DNA of 32,262 bases from a virus (Duplodnaviria; Caudoviricetes). Both the position numbers and the translations under genes were made by a program. The stretch covers positions 1-32,262 of the IMG/VR virus record IMGVR_UViG_3300018073_000018. One strand, 5' to 3'. Position 1 is the first letter of the stretch, and every line of letters begins with the position of its first letter. The notes below the pieces were generated by a model. The model had not been told where the DNA came from. It saw only the letters and a program-made list of their open reading frames with translations, and did not search any database. This document shows positions 1-8,583 of this stretch, in pieces.

Positions 1-416
1 CAACATCCGTCGCGCATGAAGCGGCGGGCACCGAGAGCGTGGCCACGAGCAGCGTGCCAAACCCCTCACCGAATGGTCAGCTGCAGACGGTGAGCGTATT
101 CGGCGCTTACACCACAACGCCGAACGCCAGTCATGCGTCTTACCTCTCGGCTGGCACTGCGCCGGTCATCACTGGACTGTCGGCGGGCGGCGTGTCGGGT
201 GTCGGCACTACGGCGTTGACGGTAACCGGCACCGGCTTTACCCGCGCCGCTCAAGTCTACGTCGATGGCGTCAAGCAGAATACGAACTACGTGTCGGCGA
301 CGTCGTTGACGGTCGCCGGGGCACCGAAAAAGCTGACTGCCGGCACCAGTGCCGTGACGGTCCTCAATGGTGTCGGCGGCACCCCCAGCAACTCCTTCAA
401 TTGGACCTTCACATGA
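1..416 (+). CDS. IPT/TIG (Ig-like) domain virion protein, 5'-truncated
   Basis: The frame is open from the window start. C-terminal APVITGLS...TALTVTGTGFT...VYVDG...TNYVSATSLTV...SNSFNWTFT is a typical IPT/TIG pattern. Confidence 0.75.
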   Translation, partial: TSVAHEAAGTESVATSSVPNPSPNGQLQTVSVFGAYTTTPNASHASYLSAGTAPVITGLSAGGVSGVGTTALTVTGTGFTRAAQVYVDGVKQNTNYVSATSLTVAGAPKKLTAGTSAVTVLNGVGGTPSNSFNWTFT

Positions 417-1477
417 GCAAAGAACCCCGCACTCACGACGACGGCCGCAACGACAAGCAGCGGGCCCAGCATGCGCGCGAGTTGGAAATGGAGCACGAGC
501 GCAGCGCCCAGCGTGATCAGCGCAAGCAAGAGGTCGATGAAGAACGGAGTAGGGCGCGGAAGATGACACCCGGCGGCACCGATCGCCCTGATGGTGCGGT
601 GCTCCGCGATGATGCCACCGCGCGCCAGCGCATCGCCTACGAGAAGGACGAGCCTGGGTTCGTCGAGCGTAAGACTGAGGAAAAGCAGCGTGTTGACTTT
701 ATCGAGCGGACGCTGCCGGAAGATCCGAGCGATCATTTCGGCCAGCTGACGCGCGACAACGTCAATCCGGACATCCCGAGCTCGAAGACGCGCGAGGGCT
801 GGATTGCCGACCCCAACACCCTGCAGATGGACCAGAGCCAGCAAGGTGAGCAACCGCCAGAGCGCGAGGATCAACCCGAACAGTGGCCGCAGGCGCAAAA
901 GATGCCGGCGTCAGGCGAGTACCAGAAGGGCGATGATCTGCAACAGCAGCACGAGTTTGATCCGACTGCGCCGATCCCGCCGTCGCCGCGTCAGGCCAGC
1001 ATCAATGAGCCTCCGGGCTCAAACATCCTGCCGGGTGAGGGCGGTCCGAATGAGCTTCCGGGTGGGGGAGTGCCCCCGACCCAGCCCGGTGGTGGTACTG
1101 ACGAGCGACTGACGCTGACCGACATCGATCCCGATCGCATTCCGGTACAGCCGGAAGAGATCACTGAGAAGTCGATCACCGTCACTGGCACTGGCTTCTC
1201 CAACGAGTGCGTCGTGCTGTTTGACGACGAGGAGGTGCCGACCACGTTTGTGTCTCCGACCCAGCTTAAAGCCAATGTGCCGATCGCCCCGGCTGAGGGC
1301 ACCTATGATGTCGAGGTGGCGCGCGGCGAGGAGCTCTCCGACGTGCTCACCTTCGAGATCGTGGCGGCCGAGGAGGGCTCGGGTGCCCAATCAACTCAGC
1401 GCGAGAAGCAAAAGCCCAAGCCGAAGAAGAGCGAGCCGCCGAGCAAGCGCTCGAAGAAAGGCAAGGGGAAACGATAG
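413..1477 (+). CDS. Protein with charged/Pro-rich N-terminus, IPT/TIG domain and Lys-rich tail
   Basis: ATG at 413 overlaps the upstream stop (ATGA). LTDIDPD...ITVTGTGFS...VLFDDEEVPTTFVSPTQLKANVP...GTYDVEV is an IPT/TIG pattern. The protein ends KPKPKKSEPPSKRSKKGKGKR. Confidence 0.7.
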   Translation: MSKEPRTHDDGRNDKQRAQHARELEMEHERSAQRDQRKQEVDEERSRARKMTPGGTDRPDGAVLRDDATARQRIAYEKDEPGFVERKTEEKQRVDFIERTLPEDPSDHFGQLTRDNVNPDIPSSKTREGWIADPNTLQMDQSQQGEQPPEREDQPEQWPQAQKMPASGEYQKGDDLQQQHEFDPTAPIPPSPRQASINEPPGSNILPGEGGPNELPGGGVPPTQPGGGTDERLTLTDIDPDRIPVQPEEITEKSITVTGTGFSNECVVLFDDEEVPTTFVSPTQLKANVPIAPAEGTYDVEVARGEELSDVLTFEIVAAEEGSGAQSTQREKQKPKPKKSEPPSKRSKKGKGKR

Positions 1478-1528
1478 TCACCCTTGCTCGGGGAGCCGGT
1501 GGCTCCCCGTTCATTTAAGGAGAACGAC

Positions 1529-1684
1529 ATGGGTCATCCGACCTACGAGCAGCTGCTGGAACGACTTATCGAGGTTCGCAATAACGAATACCGCAGTGAT
1601 CTTGAGCGGGAAACAGCGTGGCTAGAGGTCACGATGGATGTTCTGACGGCAATACTCGAAAAGCTGCGCGACGCGGAAGACTAA
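1529..1684 (+). CDS. Small hypothetical helical protein (51 aa)
   Basis: SD AAGGAG precedes the ATG at 1529. It fills the gap between two co-oriented genes. Confidence 0.6.
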   Translation: MGHPTYEQLLERLIEVRNNEYRSDLERETAWLEVTMDVLTAILEKLRDAED

Positions 1685-1703
1685 GGGTCGGGAGAACGGG
1701 GCT

Positions 1704-4265
1704 ATGGGGAACCCAGTCGTTGACACGCGTGTCGACGTCATCGCTGACCATCTCGAAGACCTCAACCGCAGGCTCACGCAGCTTGAACTGCGACCGACGC
1801 CCCGGGCGGGCGAGGCGAACCTCGCGACCGCGTCGGTCAAGGGCAAAGGGCATATCACGTCGCGGTCGCTGTCGGACCATCTCGACAGCGTTAACGTCAA
1901 AGCCTTCGGCGCGATTGGCAACGGCTCGTTGAACTATCTGCACACGATGTTTGCCACGCTAGCAGAGGCGCAAGTCGTCTATCCAAAGGCTACATCGCTC
2001 ACCGACGACACCGCCGACTGGTGCGGCATTCAGCAGGCGGTTGACTACGCACTCACCAACAAGATCATGAATGTGATCATGCCGGACGGTGTCTATTGGA
2101 CCAGTGACACGGTCCATCTTGGCTACGGCTTCGTTGCCGGCGGCGGTAATTTTAATTGTGTCGTTTTGCAGGGCGCGGGTTACTCAGCTATTTCCGGCAT
2201 GAATTCCGGTGCTGAGCTTCACCCCGTGTTCAAGGATCGCCCGGTCATCAATATTCAAGGGGGTCGAGGTTCTGGCGTGCGCGGGGTTGCCATTATCGGT
2301 CAGTGTACGTTCCCTGGTCCGGGTGGAATGACGCTCAACCAGCGCCGCGATAAGGCGAACTATCATTCAGCAGGATGCGTAGACAATCGCGAGCAGCCGC
2401 ATTGCGGCGTCGCGGTCGATGGGTATTCAGGCTACGGCGGCATCATTCCGCCGTTCCCTTACCCGGTGCCGCGCTATCCCGCTTATGTTGGCACGCCAAC
2501 CCCTAATCCTTGGGCGGCTGGAATGTCATCGCGCTGGTTTGTTGAGGACTGCCTCCTGTACGGGTGTCACATCGGTGTTGCGTGCCAACCTTACCAAGAT
2601 GGCAACGGTGACTTTGGCAGCGTGCGCAATAGCTCGTTTGCGCTTCTCAAGGTTGGCGTTGCTGTGGGCAATTCTCAATCTCGCAACTTGGACATGGACA
2701 ACACGACGTTTGACGACCTGCACACCTGCATCGACTCTAAGAGCTATGGACACGGTGTTGGTAATCTCCAAGGCAGCTACAACAACATCGGAGCTAATTA
2801 TGTTTACCGTGTCATTCATGGGTCGGGTGGGTGGTCTCAGCCGTTGTACTTCACAAGCTTCTACGTCGAGTCGGGCATGATCATTGGCGACATCGACGGG
2901 ACTGCGGTGTCGTTTGAAAGTTCGACCTTCTCCATTGGCGACGCAACATCGAGCACGCTGTTCAAGTCGATCTCGACCATCACGTGGTCGGGCGGGATCG
3001 CGACGGTTACAGTTGCTGCCGGGTCAGAGCTTTCCACGTGGGGTCCGCACGGCTGGAGCAGTGGTTCGTATCCGCTTGTCATTACAGGGTCCGCAACCGC
3101 CTTCAACGCGAACGTCAACGGCACCCGCTTGAGCAACACGCAATTTACTTACCCGCTCGCTGTCAATCCGGGCACCTACACGAGCGGCGCGGCTATTCAG
3201 ATCCAGGCGATTACTGAGTGGGCCAATGAGCCAATGTTCCGAGGCAATATCGTATTTCGTCACTGCAATTTCACAGGCCGTCACATTTACCACTTCTCTA
3301 TGGCCAACGGTAAACCGAACTTTTTTAACACGACCTTTGCAGGGCCATATCCCGGGCATGGTCCAATGCCGCCAGCGATGCAAAAGGCATTGGCCAACTT
3401 TGGTGGCGTTCTCATCGATCTAGATGAGACTACCCGCGGCGGGGACAGCCCGTTCAGCGCCGAAAATACATTACGTGGTTATGCCAGTGATTATGGGACT
3501 GATCCGCTAGTCGGAGTTTCGACGGATGGATACAATACGCAGAAGGGGCGGACGTTGTGGGGCATCGGACAGAAGGGCGCGGGGTACAGTTATTTATACG
3601 ATGTTGTCGGGGTGCGGTACGATCTTGTGTCCGGGAGCTTTGGCGCTCTCACAGGTGTGACGCGAATATACACCCCTGCCGGTGACATAGCTTTATCCTC
3701 TGACGTTGGTGATGTTCTTTACTGTCTCGGGTATTCAAATTACTACGTCGAGGCGGTTGCGGGCTCTCCAGACTATCTGATGACTACCAAAGCCTTGACC
3801 TGGTTCAGATTGATCAGTGGTGTGTTCTCGCAATATACGGACGATGACATTGATTGGGGAAAGAACGAAAGTAACCCGTCGTTGGATTACGATCCGTCTA
3901 CCGCCTGGAACACCATCTATTTTCCCGCGGGTATTATGGACCTGGAGCCATCGACGACTGGGGGCGGTGTGTATCCCGATGGGTTGTTCATGAAGACAAC
4001 GGCAGGGTCGCAGATCATCGACTTTATTTCATATGCGGGTGACGTGGAAACGCCAGCGCTGCGGCCAAGTCATATGACGGTAAAGTCAAAGCCGTTGTGG
4101 ACAGGAGCGACTGCAAGGAATGGCGGCAATCTCATGCCGTTCCCCAAGCACACGACCATTGATACCGCCACCCCGTTTCCATCGACAACGCAGGTCAAGA
4201 TGACGGTAGCAGCCGTGCGCAGCGGCGTATGGTCCTACGGTCCTGGGATCAAGTTCATCAAATGA
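1704..4265 (+). CDS. Tailspike / depolymerase-like protein (pectate-lyase-like beta-helix)
   Basis: SVNVKAFGAIGNG...DWCGIQQAVDYA...VIMPDGVY is the usual beta-helix cap, followed by G/N/aromatic-rich rungs. GC is visibly lower than in the flanking genes. Confidence 0.75.
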   Translation: MGNPVVDTRVDVIADHLEDLNRRLTQLELRPTPRAGEANLATASVKGKGHITSRSLSDHLDSVNVKAFGAIGNGSLNYLHTMFATLAEAQVVYPKATSLTDDTADWCGIQQAVDYALTNKIMNVIMPDGVYWTSDTVHLGYGFVAGGGNFNCVVLQGAGYSAISGMNSGAELHPVFKDRPVINIQGGRGSGVRGVAIIGQCTFPGPGGMTLNQRRDKANYHSAGCVDNREQPHCGVAVDGYSGYGGIIPPFPYPVPRYPAYVGTPTPNPWAAGMSSRWFVEDCLLYGCHIGVACQPYQDGNGDFGSVRNSSFALLKVGVAVGNSQSRNLDMDNTTFDDLHTCIDSKSYGHGVGNLQGSYNNIGANYVYRVIHGSGGWSQPLYFTSFYVESGMIIGDIDGTAVSFESSTFSIGDATSSTLFKSISTITWSGGIATVTVAAGSELSTWGPHGWSSGSYPLVITGSATAFNANVNGTRLSNTQFTYPLAVNPGTYTSGAAIQIQAITEWANEPMFRGNIVFRHCNFTGRHIYHFSMANGKPNFFNTTFAGPYPGHGPMPPAMQKALANFGGVLIDLDETTRGGDSPFSAENTLRGYASDYGTDPLVGVSTDGYNTQKGRTLWGIGQKGAGYSYLYDVVGVRYDLVSGSFGALTGVTRIYTPAGDIALSSDVGDVLYCLGYSNYYVEAVAGSPDYLMTTKALTWFRLISGVFSQYTDDDIDWGKNESNPSLDYDPSTAWNTIYFPAGIMDLEPSTTGGGVYPDGLFMKTTAGSQIIDFISYAGDVETPALRPSHMTVKSKPLWTGATARNGGNLMPFPKHTTIDTATPFPSTTQVKMTVAAVRSGVWSYGPGIKFIK

Positions 4266-4579
4266 GCCTGATCGAAATCGCTCCCAATCGTTGGGTGGTG
4301 GACAAACGACAAAGTCCGCCGCAGCGCAGCTCTTTGTCTGCGCCGATGCTGATTTCCGACGAAATGTCGGCTACAGAGCAGGTTGACGGCAAGTTCTACA
4401 CCTCCAAGGCAGCGTTTCGGGCGGTCGGGCGCGCGCACGGGCTGACCGAGGTGGGAACCGAGAAGTTCCGAGAGAAACAGAGAGAAACAGAGCGTTTTAC
4501 GACGCGCCAGAAGCGCCGCGAGGCGATCAAGATCGCACGGGAGAAGGTCAGGGCAGGATACCGCGCTAGGGCGCAATAG
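4262..4579 (+). CDS. Conserved-type small phage head-module protein
   Basis: ATGA overlap with the tailspike stop. ISDEM...QVDGKFYTSKAAFRAVGRAHGLTEVG resembles small proteins found before podovirus scaffolds. Confidence 0.65.
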   Translation: MSLIEIAPNRWVVDKRQSPPQRSSLSAPMLISDEMSATEQVDGKFYTSKAAFRAVGRAHGLTEVGTEKFREKQRETERFTTRQKRREAIKIAREKVRAGYRARAQ

Positions 4580-4620
4580 GGCGTAATAGGGCGTAATAGG
4601 GCGTAATTCGAGGGCGTAAT
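4567..4620. repeat. 10-bp tandem repeat TAGGGCGTAA (4 tandem copies plus 1 offset copy)
   Basis: TAGGGCGCAA at 4567; TAGGGCGTAA at 4577, 4587 and 4597; AGGGCGTAAT at 4611. Confidence 0.9.
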
Positions 4621-4631
4621 GTAAATTCGAA

Positions 4632-4650
4632 TACGGTCAGGCTGACCGTA
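4632..4650. promoter_or_regulatory. Perfect palindrome with 9-bp arms upstream of the scaffold gene
   Basis: TACGGTCAG-G-CTGACCGTA. The sequence is certain; the function is inferred. Confidence 0.5.
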
Positions 4651-4692
4651 CCCGGAACGGAATAGGGGTCCGTTGTTCGGGAGTTGCTGTTT

Positions 4693-5964
4693 ATGTCTGA
4701 CGTCACTGTTGCGCCCGCCGCTCCCCCTGCGGCGTCGACGCCAGCGGCTGCGCCAACACCGGCCGCACCGCGAACCGAAGTTCCTATCAACCAGAACCCA
4801 ACCGGAACGCCGAACCCGGTGCCGCAGCAGGCGCCACCGGCCGAGGACAAGCCCGCGCGCCCGGAGACCCGCCGCGAGGGCATTCAGCGCGCCATCAACA
4901 AGCACCGCACCGAGCACCCGGTCGCGCCGCGTGAGGCCAAGAAGGGCGACAATAACCCTCCGGAAGAGACCGCGGACGAGAAGTTCAATCTTAAAAAGCG
5001 ACCCGGCGATCAGGCCGCCAAGATCGATCAACCACGCGATCGCGGCCGTTTCGCCCCCAAAACCGCGCCTGATGGAGTACCAGGCGTGGCCGCGGAGCAG
5101 CAGGCGGCCCGACCCGGCACGCAGGCTGCTCCGCAACCCTATGTGCCGCCACCCGGCAGTCCCCCGCACCACCACCCGCTGCCGCGGATGTCCCCGCGGG
5201 CAGCTGCGGTCTGGGACAAGGTGCCGGACGAGGTGCGCGCCGATGCGCACCGCATGTACCGCGAGATCGATCAGGCGTTCCGCAAGTACAAGGGCGCTCA
5301 TGACGTCATGCAGACGATCGCGCCCTATGAGAAAATGGCGCGCGAGCAGGGCACCACGCTGGCGCGCGTGCTCGAGAACCATGTCGGCATCGAAGACAAA
5401 CTGCGCTCTGACCCGATCGGCGGCCTTGAGGTCATTGTCCACAATCTCAATCTGCAGACCCCGGACGGGCAAAAGCTGACCTTGCGGGATCTCGCCTGGC
5501 ACCACCTCAACCAGACGCCCGAGCAGCAGCAGCTGATCCAGCAACGCAATGAGGCGCAGGCGACGCGCCTGCAGCTCGAGCAAATGCGGCGCGAACAGCA
5601 GGCTCTTGTCAACGAAATGCGGCGGGCGCAGTATGTACAGCACTTCCAGACGACCCGCGGCGCTGTTGATCAGTACGCTGACCAGCGACCCCGGTTTGAT
5701 GAACTGGGACCTTTGATCCATCGCGAGATCCAACTGGGTTTCTCGCTGGACGAAGCCTACCGCCGCGCCGAACTATTGGCCGGCCCCTCGACGACAGCGG
5801 CTCAGACCCGCGCGCCGACACCGGCTCAGACCCGGACCCCCGACCGGAGTATTTCCGGCGCCCCTAGTGGTGGCCTTAACGGCGCCAATGGTGCGCGCAC
5901 CGGCAAGCCGGTCTCCCGCAAAGACGCACTCGAGCATGCCTTCCGGCATCACCGCGGTGCGTAA
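4693..5964 (+). CDS. Capsid scaffolding protein
   Basis: Directly upstream of the capsid gene. Pro/Ala-rich N-terminus, Gln-rich coiled coil and a short C-terminal helix. GGAG precedes the ATG at 4693. Confidence 0.7.
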   Translation: MSDVTVAPAAPPAASTPAAAPTPAAPRTEVPINQNPTGTPNPVPQQAPPAEDKPARPETRREGIQRAINKHRTEHPVAPREAKKGDNNPPEETADEKFNLKKRPGDQAAKIDQPRDRGRFAPKTAPDGVPGVAAEQQAARPGTQAAPQPYVPPPGSPPHHHPLPRMSPRAAAVWDKVPDEVRADAHRMYREIDQAFRKYKGAHDVMQTIAPYEKMAREQGTTLARVLENHVGIEDKLRSDPIGGLEVIVHNLNLQTPDGQKLTLRDLAWHHLNQTPEQQQLIQQRNEAQATRLQLEQMRREQQALVNEMRRAQYVQHFQTTRGAVDQYADQRPRFDELGPLIHREIQLGFSLDEAYRRAELLAGPSTTAAQTRAPTPAQTRTPDRSISGAPSGGLNGANGARTGKPVSRKDALEHAFRHHRGA

Positions 5965-5998
5965 GGTCCAGTAACCCAAAACCCCACGGGGGGAGCCG

Positions 5999-7036
5999 AT
6001 GCCTAATATTACCAGTAACTCAACCTATCAGCAGATCTTCAGCATGGCCGTCGAAGAGCGGTCAACGAGCTACCAGGATCTCGTCTCCAACAATAACGCG
6101 CTGTTGACGGTGCTCAGGCGCAAAGGCGCCTGGAAAAGCTATAGTGGTCCTCGCATCAGAGAGACACTACAGGTTGGTAAGCAAGTCGCGCAGTGGTACG
6201 CTGGCTATGATCAGCTTCTGAACCCAGCAATCGACCTGTTTAACGATGCGTACTTCGACCCGAAAATGGTCGTGGTACCAATAATCCTGTCGATGCAGGA
6301 GATCTTAAACAACCAGGGCGAAAGCCAGCTGATGGATGTCTTCGACGCCTACATGGAGGCGGCCGAGAAGTCACTGGAAGACACCATGGACGCCGGCCTG
6401 TTCTCGGACGGCACCGCCAACGGCGGCAAGCAGATTACCGGCCTCGCCGCTGCAATCCCGCTCACCACCACCTCGGGCACTTACGGTGGCCTTGATCGCG
6501 CCACCGCCACGATCTGGCGCACCTCGACCTACGACGCCTCCGCCGGTGCGGGCTACATCTCACTGTCGGCGATCGGCACGCAGGTGAACAAAGACACCAT
6601 CCGCCCGATGCTCAACAAGATCATGACCGACCGCTCTCGCGGTCGCGACCATGCCGATCTGCTGCTGATGAGCCCGGAGCACTACGCCGCCTATGACGCG
6701 GCGACGATCGCGATCCAGCGTCAGACCAATGAGACGAGCCTGGGCAAGCTCGGCTTTAGCGCACTGGAATATATCGGCGGCGGCAAGCGTGCTGAGATCG
6801 TGCTCGACGGCGGCATCGGCAGCAACATGCCGGCAAATACAACTTTTGGCATCGACACCGACAGTCTGCGGTTGCGTTACCATCCAAACCGCAACTTCGA
6901 TAGGGTGTTTGATGGCGAGGGCCAAATGCCGATCGACAAGGATGCAATCGCGCAATTCATTGGTTGGATGGGAGAATTGACGATGGTCAACCCTCTCTTC
7001 AACTGGCGCATGATCGACAGCAATCCGGCGGCGTAA
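5999..7036 (+). CDS. Major capsid protein
   Basis: 345 aa. The DLVSNNNALL, YAGYDQL, SDGTANGGKQITGL and YGGLDRAT..IWR motifs are typical of this podovirus capsid family. Strong SD and position after the scaffold. Confidence 0.85.
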   Translation: MPNITSNSTYQQIFSMAVEERSTSYQDLVSNNNALLTVLRRKGAWKSYSGPRIRETLQVGKQVAQWYAGYDQLLNPAIDLFNDAYFDPKMVVVPIILSMQEILNNQGESQLMDVFDAYMEAAEKSLEDTMDAGLFSDGTANGGKQITGLAAAIPLTTTSGTYGGLDRATATIWRTSTYDASAGAGYISLSAIGTQVNKDTIRPMLNKIMTDRSRGRDHADLLLMSPEHYAAYDAATIAIQRQTNETSLGKLGFSALEYIGGGKRAEIVLDGGIGSNMPANTTFGIDTDSLRLRYHPNRNFDRVFDGEGQMPIDKDAIAQFIGWMGELTMVNPLFNWRMIDSNPAA

Positions 7037-7051
7037 CGCTAATACAACCGA

Positions 7052-7129
7052 TCCCCGGTGGGGGTTTCCGGACCCCTTCCTCCGCCGGGAAAAACCTGCG
7101 GCCGTTGCCCCGCCCGGTGACGGCCGCAG
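7052..7129 (+). terminator. Two GC-rich hairpins after the capsid gene (attenuator or mRNA stabiliser)
   Basis: One stem spans 7052-7090 (with G-U pairs). The second is CTGCGGCCGT (7096-7105) with ACGGCCGCAG (7120-7129). There is no U-tract on the + strand. Confidence 0.5.
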
Positions 7130-7156
7130 CCCTAACGAACCAGGAGAGACGAACCC

Positions 7157-7882
7157 ATGCCTGCACGCGATCCTGATGAGGTTGCCTTGGTGCTGTTCCG
7201 GCACCAGTCGTTCAAGAACGAAGACAAGTCCCTGGCCGAGGGGCGCGAGATCCACGACGACGTCGAGATGTGCGAAATCCGCTTCCCCGGCGCGCGCGAC
7301 TGGAAAGCCTTTCCGGCGACCGCGCTCTCGACCCAAAAGATTATCGACCCCTATAGCGGCCGGGAAAAACGGATCACCTACGCCGAGCGCTTTAAGCACC
7401 AGTACCAGCAGTTCAAGGCGCAGGCCGCGCAAACCAAGAGCGGTACACCGCTCGACTACGCACCATTCCTGACCGAGGCGCGCCGCGCCGAGCTGCGTGC
7501 GCAAAATGTCTACACGGTCGAGCAGCTCGCCGCGATCGATGGCGTCGAGCTTAAAAACCTCGGCCCGGGTGGGCGTGAATACAAAAACAACGCCGAAGAG
7601 TTTCTCGCCGCCAGTAAAGCCAGCGCGCCGAACCTGCAGATGGCGGCCGAGCTCGAGGCGCTGCGTGCGCGCAATGCGGTGCTCGAGGGTGACGCCAAAA
7701 TTAGGGGCGAACGTGTTGCGGAGCAGGGAAAACCGCCACCCGAGAGTGACTACGACGACATGACGGCAGAGCAATTGCGCGAGTACATCACGGCGCACAC
7801 CGGCATTCCGCCGACCGGCACGCTCAGCCACAAGTCGCTCAAGCATCTCGCCCAGGGGATCGCCAAGCCAAAGGCCGCCTGA
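7157..7882 (+). CDS. Conserved phage protein after the capsid gene, with HhH-like and HeH/Rho-N-like segments
   Basis: SD AGGAG. Segments LRAQNVYTVEQLAAID..LKNLGPGG and DYDDMTAEQLREYI. Confidence 0.6.
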   Translation: MPARDPDEVALVLFRHQSFKNEDKSLAEGREIHDDVEMCEIRFPGARDWKAFPATALSTQKIIDPYSGREKRITYAERFKHQYQQFKAQAAQTKSGTPLDYAPFLTEARRAELRAQNVYTVEQLAAIDGVELKNLGPGGREYKNNAEEFLAASKASAPNLQMAAELEALRARNAVLEGDAKIRGERVAEQGKPPPESDYDDMTAEQLREYITAHTGIPPTGTLSHKSLKHLAQGIAKPKAA

Positions 7883-8583
7883 TGAGCCTAATCACGGTGG
7901 TGCGCGACGTGTCCGCGGTTGTCGGCGTTGCGGCACCCGTGTCGGTGTTCGCGGCGCTCGGCTCAAACCGCACCATGTTCGAAATGCTCGCCTGCGCCAA
8001 CGAGATGGCGCAGCGCATTGCTTACGACACGCGCGACTGGACGATGCTGCGCGCCACGGCGACCTTAATCGGCGATGGCGTCACCACGGCGTTTAATCTT
8101 CCCGCCAACTACAAGCGCATGCTGCTCACCACCAATGTGTGGCGCTCGACCTCGACCCAGCAGCCGATGGTGTTTATTTCCGACACCGACGAGTGGACGC
8201 AGCGCCGCACCGCAGTAGAAAACGACGCCTGGGGCGAGTGGACCATGTACGGCGGTCAAATCCACATCTGGCCGGCCATGGACGTGGGGGTAACGGCCTC
8301 ATTTACCTACCTCGACAAGAACCCAGTAGTGCTCACCAGCGGCGGCTTTGGCGACCGCTTCCAGGCCGACACCGACAGCTACCGGCTCGACGAGCGGTTG
8401 CTCAAGCTCGGCATGACGTTCGATTGGAAGATGAAGAAGGGATCGCCTTACGCCGAGGACATGGGCACGTACTCTGACGCCATCGCGATGGCGATGGGAC
8501 ACGACAAGCCTTCCCCGATTATTGTCGGACGGCTCCCGATCCAAGGGCGTGTGGCCTACCATGGGATGGTGCCCTACCCATGA
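7882..8583 (+). CDS. Head-tail adaptor / tail tubular protein A-like
   Basis: Position, size (233 aa) and the FNLPANYKRM...IHIWPA...DERLLKLG...KGSPYAED motifs. Confidence 0.65.
   Translation: MSLITVVRDVSAVVGVAAPVSVFAALGSNRTMFEMLACANEMAQRIAYDTRDWTMLRATATLIGDGVTTAFNLPANYKRMLLTTNVWRSTSTQQPMVFISDTDEWTQRRTAVENDAWGEWTMYGGQIHIWPAMDVGVTASFTYLDKNPVVLTSGGFGDRFQADTDSYRLDERLLKLGMTFDWKMKKGSPYAEDMGTYSDAIAMAMGHDKPSPIIVGRLPIQGRVAYHGMVPYP

Noticed and set aside
5798-5834. 13-bp direct repeat CGGCTCAGACCCG in the scaffold gene
   Set aside because: It encodes AQTR twice in a disordered linker and looks like an ordinary small duplication.
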